A DNA stretch of 64,000 bases from Eledone cirrhosa (Eukaryota). Each line of letters begins with the position of its first letter. Positions within the stretch are counted from its first letter, which is position 1. The notes beneath the pieces were generated by a model. The model was not told the DNA's origin, did not search any database, and worked only from the letters and a program-made list of their open reading frames with translations. Positions 1 to 56,177 of this stretch are shown here, one piece after another. The translations under genes were made by a program, and so were the position numbers. The stretch covers positions 20,832,001-20,896,000 of the forward strand of contig OZ024755.1 in NCBI GenBank assembly GCA_964016885.1, written 5' to 3'.

Positions 1-402
1 CGGTTTGAACAGAAAGCGGTGAGAGAATTCTGGCCAGATATGGCCGGTTTAAAGGCTAAAGGGTATCAAGCTCTAGTATCACTCCTTCATAATCAGCTTA
101 TGAACTTTTCAGTCTACCCTTGTACAGGATTAAAAACTAGAGTATAGTAAAATAATAAAAACAAAACAGTTTACAATTTTACCCTAAATTTTATAATATT
201 TTCAGGTCAAGACTTCATTTTTAAAAGTAAGGAAATGGTGACGAGGGACTAATAACAACTGAAATTTAAAGGATCATCAACAGTATGAGAAATATTGATA
301 GATTTAAAAACTGTTTAAATATTTATAAATTTATTTAAATGAAAGATATAAATGAAAGACTAAAATATAGAGTATTCTAAATGAAAGACCAGAATATAGA
401 GT

Positions 403-809
403 TTTCATGCCAACCCTTACCAACTGTCATGAATCTTGGGTAATGACCAAAAGAATATGATCGCGAATACAAGTGGCTGAAATGGGATTCCTCTGGAAGG
501 TTTTTAGAGTAACGTTACTCGATAAAGTGCATAGCTCAAAGATCAGAGAATCATTCCAGGTAGACCCACTACTTCTACAAATTGAGAGATCATAGCTCCG
601 ATACTTTGGCATCTAGTTAGAATGTCTCAAGAAAGAATCACTGGACAGATTTTATGGGCGAAACCAACCGACAACAGACCCAGGGGTAGACCCCAAGCAA
701 GATGGTTGGATAACATCCATGAGCTTGGCTGGTCTCGTTTGGGGATGGATCCACTGGAAGGAGTGTTTGAGGATTCAACCCCCAGCCTCTCAGGAATAAG
801 TGGACGAAG
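403..809 (+). mobile_element. RTE-clade (Expander/Rex3-like) LINE 3' fragment
   Basis: Degenerate HESWVMT...AEMGFL...LRYFGHLVRM...RPRGRPQARW; flanked by a 47-bp direct duplication. Confidence 0.85.
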
Positions 810-883
810 AAGACTAAAATATAAAGTATTTTAAATGAAAGACCAGAATATAGAGTATTTTAAATAAAAAATGTGATACTCAC

Positions 884-43459
<42,576 letters not shown>

Positions 43460-43689
43460 GATGATATATTCAAATTGTGAAGAATCTATATTTACTTAAA
43501 TATGTGGCTGTGACACCTCAAGTTGTTTTAATGAATTGCATACGTAAACATTACACATGTAAAAAAAAAAAAAAACTGTGCAGAAGGCCACAGGTAAACT
43601 ATAGTATAATTATAGAACTACAACTGGAGCCAGGGAGATAGTGCGTGTTTAAGCCTGCTTAACTCTTGAATGAAGCGTCAGTATTTTAA

Positions 43690-43740
43690 ACAAGTTGGCC
43701 ACGTTACTGCGCAGGCGCACTACCAATGACACGTCACGCC
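43690..43740 (-). promoter_or_regulatory. Probable PDIA5 proximal promoter: NRF1-like, CCAAT and UPRE/ERSE-like ACGT motifs
   Basis: gttggccacgt (43694-43704), TGCGCAGGCGCA (43708-43719), CCAAT (43723-43727), minus-strand TGACGTGTC (43728-43736); CpG-retaining patch about 250 bp upstream of the ATG. Confidence 0.6.
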
Positions 43741-44530
43741 TTAATGAAGAATCTCTTCGCATACAAAGACTTGTTATTCTTCTTTCATACACACACTACC
43801 ACGTATTAAATACCAACTGTTTCACTGAGATTTTTATCACCTTTCTCAAATATATATAGCTTTACATAACTTCACTTAACACAAGTCTTCATATCATATA
43901 TTTACATAGTCGTTTACATTCCATAGTATCTGTGAGGTTCCTAGCAATAATTAATTGTATTTATTTATATTTTCATTCTGTAAGGAATTAAAAACAATTT
44001 CTAATGTCATTTATACAACTGTGAATAAAACACATATGTAATCATAGCGGTGAATATTATATTTGTTTAGTGAATTCCTTGAATTTCGAGAAGTTTTATC
44101 ACACAGCTTTCGGTTTGTTTACATCGCTCGTGTGGTTTTCTTAAACTCGCTATGTATAAAGTATAACCACTTTACCATGATTAAACTGATGTTTTAGAAA
44201 GACACACAAGGAACTAAATCAGTGTTGTTGACCTGTGATTATATATATACATATATAAAATCTGCAGTGCCGTGACCGTAGAGATCACAATCAGGGTGGT
44301 TCTCGATACACAAGAATAAACAGAGTTGGTATAAAGAAAGGTAAAAACCATTCCCTTATATATATATATATTTATATATAAAGATAGTAGATAAAATATT
44401 TTTCATTCGTTTTACTTAAACCTTGTGAAAACCCGAGTTAATAGCCGTGACATGTGGGTTGACTAATATTTTGTGTTTATATACATATTGTATCAAAAGT
44501 TAAAATTTGTGTGAGCACAATTTTATTTTT

Positions 44531-45860
44531 CCTGGCCTTCGAGTCAACCTTCCAATCGAAGATGGTTGGCCTTGAGCAGCTGCTGAGGAATATCGAAGTT
44601 ATCGAACCCCATCAAGGTTTCTTCATACTCAGGAATTACCTGTCTATTCCTAAGCTTCTGTATCTGCTCAGGGTCAGCCCCTCTCACAGATTTCCGTCCT
44701 GCCTCCAGCGCTTCGACGACCTAATCTTCGAGAGACTCGAGTGTCTGGTCAATGTTAGACTCTCTCCGGAGTCTCGCGATCAGGCTGCGTTGCCCAAGCG
44801 ATTTGGGGGTCTTGGTCTTCGTAAGTGTTCGTCCCTCTCTCTCCCCTGCTTCCTTTCCTCCACCCACGCTTGCTCCACTCTGGTGAGCAGCATCTTCTCC
44901 TCTCCAACATGGATTAGTTCCAACAGGGGGTTGGGTGAAGCTCTCCAGCAATGGAGTGAGTTGGGCTTGTCTCTTCCTGAGAAGGTGGAGGACAGTCGAA
45001 GTCAGAGAACTTGGGACAGCATAAGTTAGAAGGCCACCTTTGACTCCCTCTTCGTCCAGTCAAATCAGTTTGCAAGGTGCCGCTTACTATCTGCCAGCGC
45101 CAAATACTCAGGCGACTGGGTCGATGCCCTACCCGTGGCCAACGTTGGTGGCCTACTCAGCCTGGACGAACTTTGTGTCTCCATCGCCCTCAGACTGGGA
45201 GCTGACGTCTGCATGGGTTTGAGGTGCCGATGCGACAAACTCCTCGACTCCACAGGCCTCCACGGTCTTTCTTGCCGCCTGAATACCGGCCGCTTCGTGC
45301 GTCACACGGAGCTAAACCTCATTCTGAAGAGAGTTTTGGGCCGGGCGAATATCCCTCAGTCGTGGAACCATCTGGGTTGTCCAGAAGTGACGGCAAAAGA
45401 TCTGACGGTCTTACCCTGTGTCCCTGGTCGAGAGGCAGGTGCCTTGTCTGGGACGTCACTGTTAGTGACTCTTTTGCTCTTTCCCACATCCTGGATGCTG
45501 CGGTTAGGACGAGAGCCACAGCTTCTGCAGTCGAGCGGAGTAAGACCCTCAAATACTCTGATCTGTCGGCCAGCTACATTTTTCAGCCTGTGGCTTTCGA
45601 GACGTTTGGGGGAGTCGGGCCGCTGACTGCGAGGTTCTTCTCCTCACTGGTAGCTCGCCTAATAGAGGTAACTGGCGAATCTCGCGAGGGTGCTTGGCAG
45701 TTTCAGTGCATCAGCCTCGCCATCACCCGAGGCAACGCTGCGAGTGTGCTGGCTTGCCTCAAAAATCATTAGAGAGGTTGCCCAGTACTCGCGACGTTGC
45801 TGTCTTTTGCTCTGGTGTAGGCTCCGTTGTTCACCCCTTCCTTTACATTTTCTTTAATAT
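44531..45860 (+). mobile_element. 5'-truncated RLE-type (CRE/NeSL-like) non-LTR retrotransposon, pseudogenised
   Basis: LPKRFGGLGLR, CRC..LDSTGLHGLSC, RH.ELN zinc-knuckle region, EPSGL..DGKRSDG...WDVTV restriction-like endonuclease; stop at 45027-45029 and frameshift near 45360. Confidence 0.88.
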
Positions 45861-46688
45861 TCTAACATTAAAACAATATATATTTCTGAAAGAATCGCGA
45901 GCTATTTATAATGTTGTCTAAGCATTTGTAATGTTATTCTATGTATATATTTGAAACTACTGACAATTTATTTATATGCTCTGTTTATATTTTCATTCTG
46001 AAAGAATTGCAAACGATTTGTAATGTATATTTATGAAATAAAATAGTACCAGTTAATATATAAACTCAACACAAATGCTTTACATAACTCGAGTTTGTAC
46101 AGAATTAAGTGAAATGAGACAAAAATATTTTGTTACGCTAAAACGTAAAGACAATTCGTTAAACAGGATTTTAATTCACACACACATCACATTATTGCTT
46201 GCTTTATAGATCTGTGTACTAAAATACACAATGTGCACTGAATACAGAACTTAATAATTATTATGGAGTCAAAATAATGTTTATTATCAATGTTGACTAT
46301 TTACTTCAAAGTTTTGCCGAAATTGTCTTACCAAAACTTTCGAAAAAGCACAATTGTTTATATACCTCATTTGAACATTATACGGGGTTTTGTTTATGTA
46401 AAATAGCGTTGAAAAATATCGTCCAACTGAGATTATCCATGAAATTGGTAGAAAATCATTCCATGTGTAGTTAAATTCTTGAAAAAAAAAAAAAGTAAGG
46501 GAGATAACTCCAGTTATACAGATTGTTTATAGTTAACTGATGGAAAGAATAGACGTTTTAATATTATCAAACCTCTTCAGCAAAGCATATTCTATTCTGT
46601 GAAAGTAAGAGTATCATCTTCATCATTAGAGTCCCTTAACCCTTTTCGGTGTCGTTGGGACATCTCTCTCTGTGTGTAATATATATGT

Positions 46689-47995
46689 CTAGGGCAGGTA
46701 AAATTCCCGAGATCCATGGTCGAGTTCTCTCCAACGGTCTGTGTCCCTCATTATCGCTGACATGTCCTGCATCTCCAAGAGACCAGTATCTGTCCTTCCT
46801 TAGGGCATCAACATATGTTAACCTCGGTATTCCTCTTCCAGTGTGTACATGCAGGGGCTCCCACAGGTGCACTGAGTGTAGTGTCAACTCTGGATGTCGG
46901 TGAGCATGTCCAGCTAACCTCAGTCTCCTCTGTGCTACTCTTGAGCTGACTTTTGGGAGGCTCCCGTACAGCTCTGAGTTCTTCATCCTCAGTATATACT
47001 AATTAATGTTCAGAGCCATCCTCAGCATTCTCGTGTAGCACCCATCCACCATCTGAGTGAGTTTCTTGGTCAGTGTCCAAGTCTCAGACCCGTACAGCAG
47101 CACAGACTCCACCGTAGCAATGAAGAGACAGATCTTCACGTCTTTACGAAGGTCTGACTTCCACACCGATCTCAAGCTGTGGCACGCCGCCCAGGCTTTG
47201 CTCTTCCTCTTGACCACATCATCTTCTGTATTCCCAATCTTTGTTCCCAAATACAGGAAGTCCTCAACCAATCCTAGCGGCTTCCTGCCTACATTAGTAA
47301 TCTTCTCTGGCTTCTTAATATTCTCTACCAGATACTTCGTCTTAATCTCATTCATTCTCAGTCCCACACTCATCAACACAGTCTCCACCTCTTGCATCAA
47401 ATCCTTTGCCTCCTTCACTGTATTTGTCACCAGAACTATGTCGTTGGCAAATTCAGCATCTAATATCTTTTTCACCTTAACTCTCCTGCTCTAAGCCGAT
47501 GTTACAGTAAAGCCAGAGTCCTGGTGTTTCTCCAGCACAAGGCGCATACAGTAGTCCACTGCGATGATAAAAAGGTAGGGAGCCAATGTATCTCCCTGGA
47601 GCACTCCAGCCAGTATCTCAAAGAACTCTGTCATCCCATCAGGTGTAATGACTTGGGCTTTGGTGTTGGTGTAGAGCAGTGATATCAGGTCCATTATCTT
47701 CATGGGGATTCCATAAGCCTGTAAGATCTTCATCAGGCAGTGATGGTCCACAGAATTAAAGGCCTTCCTAAAATCAATGCAAACCATGACAGCAGGAAGG
47801 CTCTTTGCTCTAGCTCCATCTAATATTCTCTTCAGCATGAGATTGTAACTGGTGGTTGATCTTCCCTCTCTGAAGCCGTTCTGGTTGTCCCTGAGCTTCT
47901 TCTCCATCTCAGGCTGGATCCTGTTAAGAATCATCCTTTTGAAGGTCTTTACCACAAGTGACATCAGTGACATCCCCCTGTAGTTGTTGGTGTTA
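46689..47995 (-). mobile_element. LINE RT fragment (RTE superclade, possibly Proto2/RTEX-like) inserted at TA repeats
   Basis: NYRGMSL, NQNGFREGRST, IDFRKAF, GVLQGDTLAPYLF, FAND, YLG, YGSETW, RRLRLAGH; internal stops. Confidence 0.9.
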
Positions 47996-48401
47996 GATAT
48001 ATAAATATATATATATATATGTTAGTTAAGTGTGTAATAACAGTTACAGGAGGCGCACCGTACGAAGCACTCAATGCTGTTAAAAGGTTAGTTTTGTTTG
48101 GGTTGTATTCCAGAGTTACGGCTGTTGTGTTCAGAGTGTAGATAGATTAAAAATAGTCGAAGTCAGTGTTGCAGCATATGTACAAATTTTATTTGCATAT
48201 TACAATTGTTTCGATATCAATCAACTCAGAGTACAATCAAGGTGATGGGGCATGACTCTTTTTTGACATCTCGTCAGATATGTGAACATATATGTGCAAA
48301 GACACATCTAAACTCTTTGTATATATATAGATATATAGTGGTAGAACACTGGAAGGTAATATATGTAGTGGTAGAGCACTCAGTCCATGGGACAAGTTAG
48401 G

Positions 48402-48563
48402 TAGAAGTGGTTACACAACAGTTAGTTCACCAAACAGAGAACAATTGTTTCACCTTAGCGGATCCTCAACTCGTAATGGACATAGTTATACGTATAACCA
48501 TATCCGCTAAGGTGAAACAATTGTTCTCGGTATGGTGAACTAACTGTTGTGTAACCACTTCTA
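48402..48563. repeat. 62-bp inverted repeat (2 mismatches) containing a hammerhead-like motif
   Basis: Arms 48402-48463 and 48502-48563; abuts (TA)n. Confidence 0.9.
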
Positions 48564-49570
48564 TATATATATATATAGATAGATAGATAGATATACAGAG
48601 AGAGAATGTAGCAATACTGATTATAAACATCAAATTACAGGATTGAAGACAGAAAAAAAAACTCACTAGAGTGTTCTGCAGACTAAATACAAATAGGGTA
48701 AGGTTTCTCAAGGGCAACTGCTGCAACTTTTTCCTGAAATGAGGAAAATTTTAATTATGCAAACACTGTCTTTCGCTGCCCTCTCTATGGCTTAGTGTAT
48801 TTTATTTGCCTCTAATGCCATAGCTATGAATTTCCATTGTACTGAGCAAAAATGATAATAATAGTTTCTATATTTGGCACAAGGCCAGCAATATGAAAGG
48901 AATTCAAAAGCCAATTAAATCGACTCCAGAATGTAACTGGTACTTTATTTATTTGACCCTGAAAGGATGAAAGTCAAAGCTAACCTCAGCAGAATTTGAA
49001 CTCAATATAATAATGATAATAATAATTATAGTTTCTACTTTAGGCACAAGGACAGCAATTAAATCGACCCCAATGCATTACTGATGCTTTATTTTATCAA
49101 ACCTATAAGGATGAAAGGCAAAGTTAACCTTGGCGGGATTTGAACTCAGTGCATAAAGGGTCATAATTCTATGCTGCAAAGCATTGTGTCTAATGCTCTA
49201 CCGATACTACCAATTTACTGCAATAATAATGAAAGCTGCAATTGTAGATTTAGTCAGAATTAATGGATTCGAAAGCAAACAACAGAATTGATTGAAAAGA
49301 ACATTTCTGGTTGCCAAATGTCCATCAAGGGAAATTAAAATTCATCGGTTTATTTGGTTGAGTAATAGAAGCAAACCTAGAGGCAGTTTCATTGGTTTGA
49401 TGTGATGATGCTGACTGAGACAATGAATGAATTGGAAGCTTAAGCTACAGAAATGACTTTTCTAGAAATTTTTGGTTGTATTTCCAATTGTGTTGTATGG
49501 TTTGTTTCAGCAGCCAATCAACAGAAACTATCAGGATCTATTGATTTTGTTTGAAAAATAACAACAACAA

Positions 49571-49622
<52 letters not shown>

Positions 49623-50570
49623 GAGAACCCTTTTTTAAAAAAAGGGTTTTATAATATATATATATATATATTATAAAACCTTTTTTCTCCTTTTTTCGTT
49701 GAAGTAAGGTGCATGGCTTAGTGATTAAAGAACTGGATTCACAATTGTGAGGTTGTGAGTTTGATTTCCAGACTGGGCGATATGTTATATCCTTGAACAA
49801 GATACTTTATTTCACATTGTTACTTCTGTCAAGAGTTACGACTGGTAGATAGTATCAGCAATTAAAAGGACCAATGGAAATGTTGTTTCCTTAGTCTGAT
49901 TTGATGAGTTCCACCCCACTTAGCAAATGAGGTCTAGGATCTTGTTGATCAATTGGTATATCTCTCTCTCTCTCTATATATATATATATTGTTGAAATTG
50001 CTTAATAATCTTATTAAAAACAAGATAGGTCTTTGAAATAAGGCGATATATGTTTGAACATCACCATCATCATCGTCATTATCGTTATCGTTTTTATGTC
50101 CATTTTTCCATATTTGGGTTGGACGAGTCCTCTTCAGCACAGCATATCTCTAGTCTCCATGTTCTGTCATCATCTCCTCAGTGAGCCTCAGCAATTGGAG
50201 ATCAGCTCTCACCACCTCTCTCCAGGTCTTCTTTGGTCTACTTCTACTGCCACTTCCTTTTACTGGGATTTCCTGGCACTTCTTCAGCTAACAATCATCA
50301 TCCATGAGCATCACATGTCCGTACCAATGCAGTCTTCTCTCTTGCACACCACTTAAGATTCCACAGATCATATATATATATATATATATATATAAAGCAT
50401 ATATATATATATATATATATACATTATGAAGAGAGAAGAAACACTTAGATATAATTAGTAATAAAATGTATCATACCTAAACTGCTCCTAGATTCCTCGA
50501 CTACGTAGTTTCGTGGCATAAACAAAAACCATACATCATAAAGATATATATATATATATATATATATAAA

Positions 50571-50677
<107 letters not shown>

Positions 50678-52974
50678 CACCGATTCTTTGCTTAAACTTT
50701 AATCTGTTATTTTAATATATATATATATTATATATATATATATATATAATATATATGTATATATATACATACTAATTGTTCTGTTCACATACACACTCAC
50801 AATCTCTGTATTACAGTTTTCTTTCCTTATCTGCTTAACTGAAAGATTTATTATTCTTGTGTCTACATAAGTTTATGTGATTGTGTGTGTGAATGCAGAC
50901 GTGCATGTGTGTGTATACACTCTGAGGTGAAGGAGAAGATGTTCAATGATTTATCATTTTTATACATGCATGTCTTTCTAACATTTATATGTGTGTGTGT
51001 GTGAGTGTGTGTCTCTGTGTGTGTGTGTCTATGTATATGTGTATATATATATTTCAAGCTATTTCAAGCATTAAACTAATATAGTTCTTCAATGTTTGCT
51101 TTTTACATACATACATGCATTTGTACATATGTGTGTGTGTATGCATACAGATATTCACACATGTACATATATACATATAAAATGCCAATAAACAGCAAGA
51201 GAATCTTTTCTATTTGACAGCCATAGTCTTATCGTATTGTAATCTCTGTACAAATGTAGTTTTGCTGACATGCTAATTGCAAACATTGCAACCATTTTAA
51301 AAATTTATTTTCTTATTTTTAGAAATAAACACTAAAAAGGTTACAAATCTGAAAAGATTGAATTTTTAAAAGATGTTTAGCCAGTCGGATTTATCAATCC
51401 TTTGCACCTAGCACTGGTCAACAGCATTTATTACAACTACAAAAACAGCAACAACCGTCTAGTCATCATCAAACGATGTCCAGTCAATTCGCTGTTGTAT
51501 AAATAACATTCTAAATATTGATAGAAATATGAAAGAAAAAGACAAAAATGGATAAAAACAAAACCAAGCAACAAGCAAAGGGGGAAAGGGGTAAATAAGG
51601 GCAGATCTGACTGTATAGGAAAGTAGGAGAAAGGGGTATAAATGCCATAAATTAGAGTAAAAGGAGGGAAAAACAAGGACTATGCGGCCATGGAAGAAAG
51701 GGTGGGGAAATGACTATAGTTTTGGAAAGTGGTTATAAACACCACTACCATAGTCTCCACTGCTGGCTCCACAGAGGCCTTATCAGATCTTTTCTTCAAT
51801 TCATATTGATTTTACACTCAATATATAACTGCCTCCGTTAATTTACATTAAGGAACCTTGGCAAAAACCAACAAACTAACTAAAAAGTATGTGACTAGGC
51901 CTTTTATATTGAGAGAATTCCTTTCCTTATAAATATCTACACAGTTTCCTATATCTGCTGTTACCTGTTATATGAGTTGTGCACCTGAACACCGTACACA
52001 ATAATTTCATCTGAGTTCAAATCCCGCCGAGGTTGACTTTGCCTTTCATCCTTACGGGGTCGATAAAATAAAGTACTAGTAATGCACTGGGTAATTGCTG
52101 GCCTTGTGCCTAAAGTAGAAACAATTATTATTATTATTATTATTATAGAGGGTTGGACGCCATGCTTTGACGTATAGAGTTACAGCCCTTGCCATTCTGA
52201 GTTCAAATCCCACCGAGGTTAACTTTTCCTTTCATCCTTACGGGGTCGATAAAATAAAGTACCAGTAATGCACTGGGTAATTGCTGGCCTTGTGCCAAAA
52301 GTAGAAACAATTATTATTATTATATTATTTATAATAAAAGCTGGTGCCACAGATTCCCATCTGTTCAGTTACCATGTCTAATCAAAAACAACTAAAAGTA
52401 TTCACTGTTCCCATGGTAGATATATTTGAAATCAATTCTATATTTGATTTGAAGAAAATGTCTGGTTTTCTGCTATAATTTTTAGAGCATTTTTTCTAAC
52501 AGCAGAGTAAACAAGTTTAGTTAAACAAATTGTAACATGTGTTTCCTCACATTAAATTGATTAGGATGTTGTTATATATTATTTCTCACATGTATAACTT
52601 TACTCTAATTTTAAAGCTCAAACCAGTAAGAGAGGTAAGTATTGCTAAGAAAAAAAAATCAATTATATTTTATCTGTTGTTACAAACAAAAAAAAATATA
52701 CCAAAAAATATTTTACAATCTAAAAAATGTCTTGGATTTGGAGGATAAAAGATTCGTCTTTGATTGATTTTCATTTGAAGTAAATAAAATATAGAAAAAA
52801 TAATGTCTGGGTGTATTTTAAAAAGAAAAAAATGACCACAAGAGGTTTAAGCCAAAAAGTTGTTAAAAAGTCTACAAAAAATTTAACTTGTATAATCACA
52901 GTAAATATTAATATTTTCTTTATTGTTGTAAAGAAGGAGGAATATTAATTTTTAAATCAAATATAAAACATTAT

Positions 52975-53201
52975 TTAACCTTTTAGCATTCACATTTTTC
53001 TATTGTACTATTGTATTTTCGCAGTAAATGCTTTACCTTACATAATATTTCATATAATATCGAATCTATGAGATTTTCATATTATTTATTTTGAGAACAA
53101 TCCCTTAACATAAGTATGAGTGGCCAGTTACAGCCGGTTTGAACAGAAAGAGTTGAAAGAATTCTGGCTGGATACAGCTGGTTTAAATGCTAAAGGGTTA
53201 A
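52975..53201. mobile_element. piggyBac-type MITE
   Basis: TTAA-cc(c/t)tttagcatt ... aatgctaaaggg-TTAA termini; copies at 1-65, 6732-6941, 15993-16195, 29268-29460. Confidence 0.75.
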
Positions 53202-53770
53202 CAAGGATCTCAGGGGTGAATGAATAGAAATGTGTTAAAATTAGCATAAATACACATTTATGATTGCCATACAGTTGAAAGGCAATGTCTTTATTTTCAC
53301 ATTTAGTATTTTTACACTCACACATCTACACAAGCATTCACACACACATAGATGTTCTTGTGGGTAGATGTGAGTAAATCCACATACATATGCATACACA
53401 CATATACGAATAATCAGACTTTCAGTTAAGTATATAAAGAAAGAAAACTGAGAAAGAGAAATTGTGTGTGTGTGTGAACAGAACAATAAGTATGTATATG
53501 TGTATGAGAACAGAACTATGAATGAGTGTGTGTAAACCTATATATTTATATGTGTGTGTAAACCTATATATTTATATGTGTGTGTGTGTGTGTGTGAGTA
53601 TGCATGTGAACAGAACCATGAGTATATATATGTGTGTGTGTGTATTCACAGGATGATCATGTGAAAACACAGGTGAAACAAGACTCATCACTTAGCCTTA
53701 ATAAGGAATATTTAAAAAACTCTAAACTCTCCTCCAGTATTGAGTACACATTGTCACAACTGTCAACAAC

Positions 53771-53825
<55 letters not shown>

Positions 53826-54045
53826 CAGTCCACGCTGTAATGTGGCCGTGTAGGTAACACGGTAAAAACCTCCCAGCCCCACACTGTAAATGTGGTTGGT
53901 GTTAGGAAGGGCATCCAGCTGTAGAAAACCCGCCAGACAGTCCTATGCGAGCAAGACAACCACTCTTGCCTCAAGTGGGAAAACTCCCGTCCAAACCCAT
54001 GCAAGCGTGGAACATGGACGTTAAACGATGATGATGATGATGATG

Positions 54046-54820
<775 letters not shown>

Positions 54821-55444
54821 TGGATTCACCGAACATTTATTATAATGCTCGGTGTGTTTGTAAACAAACATCCCGTATTAAGCCGTAGTGTCCAGCAACC
54901 ATCGTTGCTCGTTTGTTCAACACTGACAAAGGAACGCTGTACTAGTTTCAAGCTTATTAGCTATCGTCAGCAACGTATACCTTCCTGCCAGATTATTGAA
55001 CATATATACTTACCTTATGCATATTAACGGCTGAGTAGCCCAATTTGCATATCGAGTGGGTTAATCGGCCGGGTTCACCGAAAACGATAAACGGAAAAAA
55101 TGAAACGAAATTTCATTTCGGTGATTAGATGTAAATCTACCATTAAGGCTAACTAGGTAGCCACCGGGGACAGACCTTAGAGGAACACATTACCGAACCT
55201 AAAAGGATCACAGTTTTATAGAAACTTGTATAATTAAATTAAATATATAATAATTTCTTGCAATCAATAAATAAATCAATAAATAAATCACTAAACATCT
55301 TTGCCACATAACAACATTGGGGAAATATCCAAAGCCTGGAGATGGTTGTATGGTGTTACAACCTGTAATATGATTTGGTTTGCATGAGTGGAGACTGTAT
55401 AGTAGAAAATACAGGTTTAGTGTGGTAAGAGCAACAATTGTGAA

Positions 55445-55667
55445 AAACTAGGTTTGTTAACATATCAAACTAGGTTTGGTAACATATCAAACTAGGTTTG
55501 GTAACATATCAAATTAGGTTTGGTAACATATCAAACTAGGTTTGTTAACATATCAAACTAGGTTTGGTAACATATCAAACTAGGTTTGGTAACATATCAA
55601 ACTAGGTTTGGTAACATATCAAACTAGGTTTGTTAACATATCAAACTAGGTTTGGTAACATATCAAA
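55445..55667. repeat. 22-bp minisatellite x10
   Basis: aaactaggtttg(g/t)taacatatc. Confidence 0.95.
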
Positions 55668-55880
55668 TGGGGCTAGAAGACAAAGGGTACTACTTAGGAA
55701 TTACTAAGTTAGTCATCAAAGCAAGAGAAAAATGAACGAAAACGAAAACATGTATACAAGAGACAGTAAGTGACTTTACAAGGAAAAAGGGATGAAAGGG
55801 CCAATAGTGTAAAATTACACACACATGTACACCAGGTCTGTTGTAAATAAAAATTATTATATTTAGAAGAAGCATGGATT

Positions 55881-56068
55881 GGCGGTGGATTGGCAGTATC
55901 GGTAGAGGGTCGGACGCCATGCTTTCTAGCATAGTTACGTCCCTTTACGATCTGAGTTCAAATCCTGCCGAGGTTGACTTTGCCTTTCATCCTTACGGGG
56001 TCGATAAAATAAAGTACCAGTAATGCACTGGGTAGTTGCTGGCCTTGTGCCTAAAGTAGAAACAATTA
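55881..56068 (+). mobile_element. tRNA-derived SINE with Nin/Deu-like core (family A), full length with 20-bp TSD
   Basis: A box TGGCAGTATCGG, B box GAGTTCAAATCC, gcctttcatcc...ggtcgataaaataaagtaccag core, (ATT)n-like tail; TSD attatatttagaagaagcat at 55856-55875 and 56065-56084. Confidence 0.88.
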
Positions 56069-56177
56069 TATTTAGAAGAAGCATTGAGGTACATTGTATG
56101 GTAACCTAGGGCACTAAATACTCTAGTACTGACTCACCCTAGGATGTTTTATTAAATGAACACCAGGATCTACTGCT

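Noticed and set aside
49619-49695. Nested palindromes around TA repeats
   Set aside because: Low-complexity A/T homopolymer and microsatellite fold-back with no further support
51474-51500. Minus-strand TTGATGAT-gact-agac-ggtt as a hammerhead
   Set aside because: Truncated before any GAAA; cannot be supported alone
55445-55667. CRISPR-like array
   Set aside because: Head-to-tail repeats without unique spacers, eukaryotic context, no cas genes
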